From: Promethearchaeota archaeon
GTDB lineage: Archaea > Asgardarchaeota > Lokiarchaeia > Sigyniarchaeales > SOKP01
Assembly: GCA_030606485.1 (NCBI GenBank)
Contig: JAUWGH010000004.1
Location: 297,392-329,391, forward strand
Direction of reading: 5' to 3'
Length of the DNA stretch: 32,000 bases
Both the position numbers and the translations under genes were made by a program. Positions 6,639 to 15,147 of this stretch are shown one piece after another. The notes under the pieces were generated by a model. That model was not told the origin of the DNA and ran no database searches. It saw only the letters and a program-made list of their open reading frames with translations. How positions within the stretch are numbered: the first letter of the stretch is position 1; each line of letters starts with the position of its first letter.

Positions 6639-9419
6639 TTATTCTAAAATTAGAACAGGTTTTCCAGGTAATGCTTGTTTAGCTTTTTTATGGTCAATTT
6701 GATCTTCTAAAAATATTTCAATATTACATTTAAACTTATCCTGAAAAGTTGGTTTTATTTCATTAAAAAAGTCCATTTCATCTTTTGATGTTAGGACTAT
6801 TTTTGAATATGTCCTAAGATTTTGTAAAATATTATTGGTGATTTGATTTATTTGTTTCCCAAATTTTTTCAATTCAGCGTCCTGCATAACTGATTTCATA
6901 ATTTCTCCTTGATCTTTAGATTTTTCAATCAATGGTATTAATATAGAAAACAATTTGTATTTCCATTCGGTTGCAATTACAATTTTAATCAAAGAAATTT
7001 TTTGATCCTTTAAAATTTGTATTATATTTTTTACATCATCTATTGTGTTGTTCATTAAATTCCATTTAAAATCGTTTTCATCTGTTAGTAGATTTTTGTT
7101 ATAGGATGGCCAAGTAGATATACTTAAGAAATCTTTATGACCAAGCATTTCCCATAATTCTTCTGTTATGTGTGGTATAAATGGATGTAAGAGCAGAAGC
7201 AATTTTTCTTGACATTCTTTATAGAGATGTTCAATAACACCATTTTTTTTATATTCTTTCAAATTTGGAATGAATTGAACAATTTCATTTATAGCATCAC
7301 GTATTGCTAGATTATTCATATGCTCTGTAACAAATTTTATAGTCTTATTCAATTGGAATTCTATTAAATCGTCATTAATATTCCTTTTTTTCCTTATTTT
7401 CTCTAGAGACTCTGTAAATAAATTCCATAAACCAGATACAAATTTATATGCAAAACCAACTCCTTGATCAGACCATTCCATTCCTTTCTCTGGACTTGCT
7501 CCGAATAAAATGAAAAATCTAGTTGCATCTGCCCCATATTCATTCATAATTCCAATTGGATCAACGGTATTTCCTAGAGATTTGCTCATCTTAGCGCTTT
7601 TTAGAATATATTTCGTTCCACATCGTTTACATCTCTCATCATGCATTTCTGCTTTCATCGCAAAGGTATTACATTTTGAACAATATGGATGTGCTTTATT
7701 AATCATACCATGTGTAAATAATCGTTGAAAGGGTTCATCATGTGAATGTAGCCCAAGATCACGCGCTACTTTTGTAAAAAATCTTGCATAAAGAAGATGC
7801 ATAATTGCATGTTCTATTCCACCAATATATTGATCAACATTTCCCCAATAATCAACAATTTCCTTTCTATATGGTAAATCTTTTACATGAGGATCACAGA
7901 ATCTAAAAAAATACCACGAACTATCAACAAAAGTATCCATTGTATCAGTCTCACGCCTCCCTGGTTTACCACATTTTGGACATTGACAATTAATGAAAGA
8001 TTCAGAAGTTTCTAAAGGGTTTCCTTTTCCAGTAAATTTAACATCTTTTGGTAGTTCTAATGGTAAATTCTCATAAGGAACAGGCACAACTCCGCAATCA
8101 TCGCAATATATTATTGGTATTGGGCATCCCCAATATCTTTGACGGGAAATTAACCAATCCCTTAACTTATAATTAACGGTTGCTTTACCCAGCCCAATTT
8201 TTTCTAACTTTTTTGTTATCGCGTTAATCGCGGTTCGATTATCCATCCCATCAAATTCTTCTGAATTTACTAGGATGCCATCTGCCATATAAGCTCTTGT
8301 CATTTTATCCTCATTTAATTCATAATCAGGTGGTTGAATAACAACTCTAATCGTGATATTATATTCTTTTGCAAATTCAAAATCACGTTGGTCATGAGCA
8401 GGAACCGCCATGACTGCACCTGCCCCGTATTCATAAATGATAAAATTTCCAATATAAATAGGAACTTTTTCTTTTGTCATTGGATTAATCGCATATTTTC
8501 CGATAAACATCCCTTTTTTATCAACCTCAACATCCGTTCTTTCAAATTTATTCTGCTTCATAACATCAGTATAAAAAATTTCAAAATCTTTTTCATATTC
8601 AGTTCCTTTAACCCATTCGCGAACCCAAGGATGTTCTGGAGCAAATACCATAAAAGTTACTCCATAAAGTGTATCAGCTCTAGTTGTAAATATGTCGATG
8701 GTTCTTTCTTCTCCCACAATTGGGAATTTAATTATCGACCCCTCCGACCTCCCGATCCAATTTCTTTGCATAACTTTAACTTTTTCGGGCCAATCAACAT
8801 TATTTAAGCCATTTAACAATTCTTCGGCATAAGATCTTATTTTTAAAAACCATTGGGTCAAAAATTTTTGTTCTACTTCTGAATTGCAACGCCAACAGTG
8901 ACCACCTTGAACTTGCTCGTTAGCCAACACTGTTGCACATTGAGGGCACCAATTAATATAACTATCTTCCCGATAAGCAAGATCTTTTTCAAACATTTTC
9001 AGAAAAAACCACTGGTCCCATTTAAAATAATTTGGATCGTGGCTATGAATGTCACGAGTCCAATCATAAGATAATCCTATGCGTTTTTGTTGATTTCTCA
9101 CGATATCGATGTTTAAATTGGTCCATTCCTCCGGATTCACTCCCTCGTCAATTGCGGCGTTTTCTGCAGGTAATCCGAAAGAATCATATCCCATGGGATA
9201 AAGTATTTGGAATCCGCACATTCGTTTGAATCTAGTAAATGCATCGCCAACAGTATAATTACGTAGATGACCTATGTGAAGTTTTCCAGAGGGATAAGGA
9301 TACATTTCGAGTATATAATACTTTTTCTTTTTAAGATCTTTTTGTACTTCGAATATTTTTGCTTCTTCCCATTTCTTTTGCCATTTCTCTTCTATTTTTT
9401 GGGGGTTATAATCATTCAT
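6639..9419 (-). CDS. leuS: Leucine--tRNA ligase, bacterial-type architecture
   Basis: Class I motifs are present: HIGH (LHIGHLRNY, nt 9261-9281) and KMSKS (KMSKSLGN, about nt 7577-7593). The protein is colinear by eye with bacterial LeuRS: YPYPSGKLHIGH..GDAFTRFKRM, GYDSFGLPAENAA, CPQCATVLANEQV..CWRC, QRNWIGRSEG and CPKCG..RETDTMDTF. Confidence 0.95.
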   Translation of the reverse strand: MNDYNPQKIEEKWQKKWEEAKIFEVQKDLKKKKYYILEMYPYPSGKLHIGHLRNYTVGDAFTRFKRMCGFQILYPMGYDSFGLPAENAAIDEGVNPEEWTNLNIDIVRNQQKRIGLSYDWTRDIHSHDPNYFKWDQWFFLKMFEKDLAYREDSYINWCPQCATVLANEQVQGGHCWRCNSEVEQKFLTQWFLKIRSYAEELLNGLNNVDWPEKVKVMQRNWIGRSEGSIIKFPIVGEERTIDIFTTRADTLYGVTFMVFAPEHPWVREWVKGTEYEKDFEIFYTDVMKQNKFERTDVEVDKKGMFIGKYAINPMTKEKVPIYIGNFIIYEYGAGAVMAVPAHDQRDFEFAKEYNITIRVVIQPPDYELNEDKMTRAYMADGILVNSEEFDGMDNRTAINAITKKLEKIGLGKATVNYKLRDWLISRQRYWGCPIPIIYCDDCGVVPVPYENLPLELPKDVKFTGKGNPLETSESFINCQCPKCGKPGRRETDTMDTFVDSSWYFFRFCDPHVKDLPYRKEIVDYWGNVDQYIGGIEHAIMHLLYARFFTKVARDLGLHSHDEPFQRLFTHGMINKAHPYCSKCNTFAMKAEMHDERCKRCGTKYILKSAKMSKSLGNTVDPIGIMNEYGADATRFFILFGASPEKGMEWSDQGVGFAYKFVSGLWNLFTESLEKIRKKRNINDDLIEFQLNKTIKFVTEHMNNLAIRDAINEIVQFIPNLKEYKKNGVIEHLYKECQEKLLLLLHPFIPHITEELWEMLGHKDFLSISTWPSYNKNLLTDENDFKWNLMNNTIDDVKNIIQILKDQKISLIKIVIATEWKYKLFSILIPLIEKSKDQGEIMKSVMQDAELKKFGKQINQITNNILQNLRTYSKIVLTSKDEMDFFNEIKPTFQDKFKCNIEIFLEDQIDHKKAKQALPGKPVLILE

Positions 9420-9885
9420 ATTTCCTTTTATTCCATTCCATTGTTTTTATTAAAATTATCCACATTTTTTCAATTTTATGAATTCTTTTTTTCAATGCTT
9501 CTTCGAACCTTTGAGCTTTAATTCTAAAGATATTTGCTGGAGATTAAGAAAGAACAAATCCATAGAAATTATTTATAGAAAAGAAGGCTCAGGTTCGTTC
9601 TCTCTCGAATTAGAGCACCAATAAGAGTACCACTACTAAGAGTAATACAAATAACAATGCATTTTGTACTTTATTCATCAAGAGAGACATTATGGTAAAT
9701 ATTATAATTACTACTTTTAAAGATTATTATAAGATTTATAGGAAATTTATAAATTTAAATTAAATTAAGAGATATTTTTTGAAATTTTCGATGAGGATAA
9801 TATTAAGAAGGAGTTTAACCATAATTTTTTCATTTACTTTATATTATTTTTAAATTAACATAATTATTTAATTTTAAAATATTCT

Positions 9886-10884
9886 ATGACGATTGGGAAA
9901 ATTAGAGTTTCTATTGGTAGCGCCACGATTTTAGGATTTACTTCCATAAAACTCGAGAGTCCACCTACTACGATTTATATTATGACTTATAAGAAAGGAA
10001 AATGCATTGCAAATTGCGGTTTTTGTCCTCAAGCGAGAAATTCAAACAGTCCAAATGAAAAATTATCGCGAATCAACTGGCCGATTTTTCCTTTTAAGGA
10101 TTTTTTAACCAAATTGAAATATACTGCTTCTTTAAAAAAATTTCAGAGAATTTGTATTCAAACACTTAATTATGCCGAGAATTTGCAAGACTTAATTGAA
10201 ATTATATCTGAGATTAGAAAAGTTACCAATATACCAATATCTGTGGCAATTCCTCCAATGTCTAAAGAAAGTTTAAGGGATTTAAAATTGTGTGGAGTAC
10301 AAAGAGTAGGAATAGCATTGGATGGCGCAACACAAGAAATTTTCGAAAAAATTAAGGGAATAGGAGTTAATGGTCCGTATTTTTGGCGTTCTCACTTTGA
10401 TAGTTTAAGAGATGCTTTAGATGTTTTTGGAAATGGACTTGTAAGCACTCATATAATAATTGGTTTTGGTGAGACCCAGAAAGAAACATTAAATTTAATT
10501 ACAGAATTGCATAAGTTTTCTATTTTACCCGGGTTATTTGCATTTACTCCTATTGAAGGGACAAAATTTGAAAATATGATCCAGCCAAACATTAGTCACT
10601 TTAGAAAAATACAATTAGGTAGATATCTTCTCATTAATGATTACAAGAAATTAGATGATTTTACATTTAATCAAAAAGGAGATATTATATATTTTAATTT
10701 AAATAAAAAAGAATTAAGAAATTTTGTTGATGAGAGTGAGGCCTTCAGGACTACAGGATGTCCGGGTTGCAATCGTCCTTATTATACTTCTAAACCTTCA
10801 GGACCAATCTATAATTATCCACGAAATTTAAATGAAAATGAGAAAGAAGAAATATATAAATTACTAGAGAGATTAGTAAATTAA
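9886..10884 (+). CDS. Radical SAM protein, candidate LipS1/LipS2-type lipoyl synthase subunit
   Basis: CxxxCxxC motif CIANCGFC at nt 10003-10026 (aa 40-47). A biotin-synthase-related layout is visible (IIGFGETQKE, FTPIEGT), and a C-terminal CPGC could bind an auxiliary cluster. It lies 17 nt upstream of an LplA-like gene, and a second radical SAM gene sits on the other side of that ligase. Confidence 0.65.
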   Translation: MTIGKIRVSIGSATILGFTSIKLESPPTTIYIMTYKKGKCIANCGFCPQARNSNSPNEKLSRINWPIFPFKDFLTKLKYTASLKKFQRICIQTLNYAENLQDLIEIISEIRKVTNIPISVAIPPMSKESLRDLKLCGVQRVGIALDGATQEIFEKIKGIGVNGPYFWRSHFDSLRDALDVFGNGLVSTHIIIGFGETQKETLNLITELHKFSILPGLFAFTPIEGTKFENMIQPNISHFRKIQLGRYLLINDYKKLDDFTFNQKGDIIYFNLNKKELRNFVDESEAFRTTGCPGCNRPYYTSKPSGPIYNYPRNLNENEKEEIYKLLERLVN

Positions 10885-10901
10885 TTATTAAGAGTGATAT
10901 T

Positions 10902-11681
10902 ATGGATATTTGGAGATTTTTACCATTAGAAATCAGAGATGGTTATTGGAATATGGCATTAGATGAGTCAATATTACAATCTTGTATTGAAAAAAAAACT
11001 CCAAATACGATTCGTTTATTTAAATGGGATCCTTCTACGGTAACGATTGGATATCATCAGAGTGTTTCAGATGAGGTTAACATAGCTGTTGCTAAAGAGG
11101 AAAAATTTAATATAGTAAGAAGGATAACTGGAGGAGGTACGGTTTTTCATGATTCTAAAGGAGAAATAACTTATTCAGCTGTATGTCCATTAAAATTTTT
11201 AGAGGAAAAGGGATTTACAAGAATGATAGAACAATATGAGATTATTACTCAAGGGATAATTGAAGCCCTTAGTAATTATCATTTAGGATCTGATAAAGGA
11301 GTTATACATTGCCCTGCGATTTTTTTAGATGGAAAAAAGATCTCCGGAAATGCACAAGTTAGAAAAAGAGGATATATATTACAACATGGAACGATATTAT
11401 TAAAAATAAATCCTGAGTTGATGTATTCTGTATTAAAAGCTCCAAATAATGTTCCTACTAAAAAGATGGTGGCTTCAGTGTATGCTAAAGTAATTGGAAT
11501 AAAAGAACAAATTCAAAATTTTAATGAAAATGAATTTATTTCTTATCTTATTAATGGTTTTGAAAAAACTTTAGGAATAAAATTGGAGAAGGGAAAATTT
11601 TCAAAATATGAATTAGATTTAGCAGAAAAATTGGTAATAGAGAAATATAGTTTGGATAAATGGTTATACAAATATGAATAA
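10902..11681 (+). CDS. lplA: Lipoate/octanoate-protein ligase, catalytic (LplA N-terminal type) domain only
   Basis: BPL/LplA/LipB family motifs are present: RRITGGGTVFHDSKGEITYS, GKKISGNAQ (the conserved Lys) and ILQHGTILL. At 259 aa it matches the short archaeal LplA-N type. No LplB-like accessory domain gene is adjacent. Confidence 0.8.
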   Translation: MDIWRFLPLEIRDGYWNMALDESILQSCIEKKTPNTIRLFKWDPSTVTIGYHQSVSDEVNIAVAKEEKFNIVRRITGGGTVFHDSKGEITYSAVCPLKFLEEKGFTRMIEQYEIITQGIIEALSNYHLGSDKGVIHCPAIFLDGKKISGNAQVRKRGYILQHGTILLKINPELMYSVLKAPNNVPTKKMVASVYAKVIGIKEQIQNFNENEFISYLINGFEKTLGIKLEKGKFSKYELDLAEKLVIEKYSLDKWLYKYE

Positions 11682-12744
11682 AATCCAGCAATTACTTAAT
11701 AAAATTAAGGTGGGAAATGCCTCATGGGATGATTACCATAATTTTTTACAATTAGAAGAAAACGATTTAGAAGCTTTTTTTGATCTTTCTCATGAAATTT
11801 CAATTCTAAATTTTGGAAATCAACTTAAGATATATACACCGGGTAAAAGATTTCCGGCTATAAGTATTACAGGAAATAAGTGTGCCTTAGAATGTGAACA
11901 TTGTAATAAAAAATTTTTAGAAGGAATGGAAAAAATTCAAAATTCAATTAAATTAGAAAAATTCTTGCTTAATCACTCAAAAAATAATGGTGTAGGGGCT
12001 TTAATTTCTGGGGGTTGTGATGAAGAAGGAGCGGTCCCTTTAAATGATTTTTTAGATGTGATTAAAAAAGTAAAAAATGAGACTAATTTAATTATAAATA
12101 CACATACTGGATTGTTAACTGAGGAAACGGCAAAAAAATTGGCAGATTCTAATGTTGATATTATATCATTTGATATTAATATGGATGAAGAGATTATCCA
12201 AAATATTTATCATTTGAATAAGAATTTAGAAGATTATAAACGAGCTGTTCAGATTTTAAAAAAGTATAATTTAAATATAGTTCCTCACATTTGTATTGGA
12301 CTATTTTATGGGAGACTTCATAAAGAAATTGAATCTATTAAATTTATCAAACAGAATATTATTAATCCTTCAGTAATTGTATTAATTGTATTAATTCCTC
12401 CCAGATCTTTAGAGGATAAGAATGAAAGATTTGCCACGCCAAATCCAATCGATATTGCAAAGATTGTAACATTAACTAGATTAATTTTTCCTAATACAGA
12501 AATTTCATTAGGTTGTATGCGCCCGAGAGGTTCATTAAAATTTAAAATTGAGAAATATGCAGTTCAAGCAGGAGTTAATAGAATCGAGATTCCTTCCAAA
12601 AAAACTTTAATTTGGGTAAAAGAAAGTTATCCTGGAATTTCATTCAAATTTTATTCTGCCTGTTGTGCAATTCCAGAAAAATTTGAAAAATTTTCTAAAA
12701 GTTCAGATAAAGAAATTAAAAAATATCAAAATTCACAAGAATAA
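11674..12744 (+). CDS. Radical SAM protein, candidate LipS1/LipS2-type lipoyl synthase subunit
   Basis: CxxxCxxC motif CALECEHC at nt 11881-11904 (aa 70-77). Further conserved-looking Cys are present (GGCDEEG, LGCMRPRG, SACCAIP). Its start overlaps the lplA stop by 8 nt (ATGAATAA). Confidence 0.65.
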   Translation: MNKIQQLLNKIKVGNASWDDYHNFLQLEENDLEAFFDLSHEISILNFGNQLKIYTPGKRFPAISITGNKCALECEHCNKKFLEGMEKIQNSIKLEKFLLNHSKNNGVGALISGGCDEEGAVPLNDFLDVIKKVKNETNLIINTHTGLLTEETAKKLADSNVDIISFDINMDEEIIQNIYHLNKNLEDYKRAVQILKKYNLNIVPHICIGLFYGRLHKEIESIKFIKQNIINPSVIVLIVLIPPRSLEDKNERFATPNPIDIAKIVTLTRLIFPNTEISLGCMRPRGSLKFKIEKYAVQAGVNRIEIPSKKTLIWVKESYPGISFKFYSACCAIPEKFEKFSKSSDKEIKKYQNSQE

Positions 12745-12754
12745 ATGATTTAGA

Positions 12755-13555
12755 ATGATATCAAAAAATCAAATTGAGATAATTGGTGTTCAAGATATTC
12801 CTTTTATAAAAGAAGGAGATAATATTTCGAAAATAATAATAGAATCACTAAAGAAAAACAATATATCCTTAAAGGATAAGGATGTTATTATTATATCTCA
12901 ATCAATTATTTCGAAGAGTAATGGGCGTATTAGAAATTTAAATGTAATTGTACCTAGTAAAAAAGCTATTGAAATATACAAACAGATGAAACCAAAAGCA
13001 GAAAGAGCTGGGATTCCAATAAAACCTCCTGAATTAATTCAGGCAATATTAGAAGAATCGAAAGAAATACTTAAAGTTGAGCATGTGATAATAGTTGAAA
13101 CAAAACATCAAGGATTTATATGTGCTAATGCTGGGGTAGATAAATCAAATGTTGAAGGGATTAACAATGTTACTTTACTACCAGAAAATCCGGATGAGGA
13201 TGCTAGGAGAATAAGAAAAGAATTTAAAGAATTATCAAATAAAGAAGTAGCAGTAATCGTTTCAGATTCTTTTGGAAGACCTTTTCGAGTTGGGACTGTA
13301 GGAGTTGCAATTGGTATTGCTGGAATGAAACCTATTTTAGATAAACGAGGTTGCATGGATTTATATGGGTATAAATTACAAACAACAATAATAGGACAAG
13401 CAGATAATTTGGTATCCGCTGCACAATTAGTAATGGGTGAAAGTAATGAAGGAATTCCAGTAGTGATTATTAGAGGTTATGATTATAATATAGAAGAACA
13501 TGCTTCTATAACATCTATTTTAAGAGAAGATAAATTTGATATTTTTAGGAGTTAA
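12755..13555 (+). CDS. cofE: Coenzyme F420-0:L-glutamate ligase
   Basis: Motifs SQSIISKSNGR, ICANAGVDKSNV and VSDSFGRPFRVGTVGVAIGIAG are characteristic of CofE and the FbiB N-terminal domain. Confidence 0.9.
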   Translation: MISKNQIEIIGVQDIPFIKEGDNISKIIIESLKKNNISLKDKDVIIISQSIISKSNGRIRNLNVIVPSKKAIEIYKQMKPKAERAGIPIKPPELIQAILEESKEILKVEHVIIVETKHQGFICANAGVDKSNVEGINNVTLLPENPDEDARRIRKEFKELSNKEVAVIVSDSFGRPFRVGTVGVAIGIAGMKPILDKRGCMDLYGYKLQTTIIGQADNLVSAAQLVMGESNEGIPVVIIRGYDYNIEEHASITSILREDKFDIFRS

Positions 13556-13560
13556 TTTTT

Positions 13561-14184
13561 ATGGAAATTATAAATGCATTAAAGAATAGAAGGAGTTATA
13601 AATTTCCTTTTGAAAAAAAAGAGGTTGAAAAGAGAATAATAGATGAATGCATAGAGATTTCTCAATGGGCTCCTTCAGCACATAACTATCAGCCATGGCG
13701 CTACATTATTATCGATAATAAGGAACAACGATTAACTCTAGTGGATAAAATGAATGAAAAATTGAGGAAAGATCTAAAGAATGATTGTAAATCAGAAGAA
13801 GAAATTGAGATAAAAATTAAATTAACTAGAGAACAGTTCTTAAATTCTCCACTTTTGATCCTTTCATGTATGGATTCATCTGTATTGTATATATATCCAG
13901 ATAATGAACGTAATAAGAATGAATTTATCTTAGGAAATTTAAGTGTAGCTAGTTCAATTACATATTTACTTATTTCATTTCAAAAGTATGGATTAGCTTC
14001 TTGCTGGTATTCAGCGCCTTTATTTACAAGAGAAATAGTCTTATCTATATTAAATCTACCTAAAACTTATTATCCCATAGCATTTATTACTGTTGGCTAC
14101 CCAAAAAAAAAAGAGATTAAACCTCCTAATCGCCAACCACTTAATAAGATTCTATTTATTAGCTCAAATTTTATGAAAAATTAA
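13561..14184 (+). CDS. Nitroreductase-family flavoprotein (possible stand-alone counterpart of the FbiB C-terminal domain)
   Basis: NRRSYKF and APSAHNYQPWRYIII are classic nitroreductase-fold motifs. The gene is wedged between cofE (5-nt gap) and cofD (8-nt gap). Confidence 0.75.
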   Translation: MEIINALKNRRSYKFPFEKKEVEKRIIDECIEISQWAPSAHNYQPWRYIIIDNKEQRLTLVDKMNEKLRKDLKNDCKSEEEIEIKIKLTREQFLNSPLLILSCMDSSVLYIYPDNERNKNEFILGNLSVASSITYLLISFQKYGLASCWYSAPLFTREIVLSILNLPKTYYPIAFITVGYPKKKEIKPPNRQPLNKILFISSNFMKN

Positions 14185-14192
14185 AAGTTTAT

Positions 14193-15140
14193 GTGGATAA
14201 TATGTTGGAAAATTCAAAAATAGTAGTCTTAGCGGGGGGAATAGGTGCAGCACGGTTAATACGAGGTTTAATTGAAGTTTTACCTCAAAAAAAATTTCAA
14301 ATTATCGTCAATACTGGAGATGATATTGAGTTATTTGGGCTAAAAATCTGTCCTGATATCGACATTATAACTTATACAGTAGCAAATTTAGTAGATGAGA
14401 ATAAGGGGTGGGGATTTAAAGATGAGAGTTTTACCTGTTTAAATATTTTAAAAAAATATTATGGTTTTAATTGGTTTAACATTGGAGATAAGGATGCTGC
14501 AACACATATCTACAGAACAGATTTAATGTCAAAAGGATTTTCTAAGTCAGAAGCCACAAAAAAAATTTGTGATAAATTAGGAGTTAAATGTGAGATTATA
14601 CCTATGACTGATACATGGGTGGAAACTCATATAATAACACCGCGTGGAGATATTCATTTTGAAGAATATTTTATTAAGTATAAGACTAATATCGGCATTA
14701 TAGATGTTATTTTTAAGGGAATAGACCAAGCAAAACCAGTTAATGGCGTATTAGAAAAAATTAAGCAAGCGAAAAAAATTATTATATGCCCATCAAATCC
14801 TATTGTATCAATTAAACCAATTTTAGAGGTAAAGGGAATAAGAGCTGCCCTAAAAGAAGTGAAAGAAAAAGTAATTGGAGTTAGTCCTTTAATAAAAGGG
14901 GCTCCAGTAAAAGGTCCAACGGATAAATTAATGAAAGCATTAAATCTTGAAGTATCTTCTTTTGGAATAGCAAAATATTATGCAGATTTTTTAGGACATT
15001 TTATCATTGACATAAGAGATGAAAAATTTACTTTAAAAATTGAAAACCTTGGAATTAAAACCCATTTATATGATATTTTAATGATAAATTTACAAAAAAA
15101 AGTAGCATTAGCAAAATATATTCTAAATTTAGACATATGA
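14193..15140 (+). CDS. cofD: 2-phospho-L-lactate (or EPPG) transferase, F420 biosynthesis
   Basis: Motifs VVLAGGIGAARLIRGL, NTGDDIELFGLKICPDIDIITYTVA and CPSNPIVSI are present. The ORF track start at 14193 is GTG; an ATG at 14202 (MLENSK...) is an equally plausible start. Confidence 0.9.
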   Translation: MDNMLENSKIVVLAGGIGAARLIRGLIEVLPQKKFQIIVNTGDDIELFGLKICPDIDIITYTVANLVDENKGWGFKDESFTCLNILKKYYGFNWFNIGDKDAATHIYRTDLMSKGFSKSEATKKICDKLGVKCEIIPMTDTWVETHIITPRGDIHFEEYFIKYKTNIGIIDVIFKGIDQAKPVNGVLEKIKQAKKIIICPSNPIVSIKPILEVKGIRAALKEVKEKVIGVSPLIKGAPVKGPTDKLMKALNLEVSSFGIAKYYADFLGHFIIDIRDEKFTLKIENLGIKTHLYDILMINLQKKVALAKYILNLDI

Positions 15141-15147
15141 AAAGTTA

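Noticed and set aside
7510-9521. Four plus-strand ORFs (72, 157, 65, 84 aa) across leuS
   Set aside because: All are antisense to leuS, whose identity is unambiguous. The 84-aa F/L-rich product simply mirrors K/E-rich leuS codons.
9743-9756. Perfect 14-nt palindrome aaatttataaattt in the leuS/cofactor-cluster spacer
   Set aside because: It consists only of A/T in a highly AT-rich spacer, so chance occurrence is likely. It may just be part of the divergent TATA-rich promoter region.
9886-12744. Alternative reading of the two radical SAM genes as CofG/CofH (FO synthase), given the adjacent cofE/cofD
   Set aside because: An LplA-type ligase sits directly between them. The cluster motifs (CIANCGFCPQ, CALECEHCNK) also do not resemble the CxxxCx[FY]CAF context I recall for CofG/CofH. 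The possibility is kept as an explicit test in the LipS finding.
13108-13356. 82-aa minus-strand ORF inside cofE
   Set aside because: It is antisense to the most conserved part of cofE and is a chance ORF.
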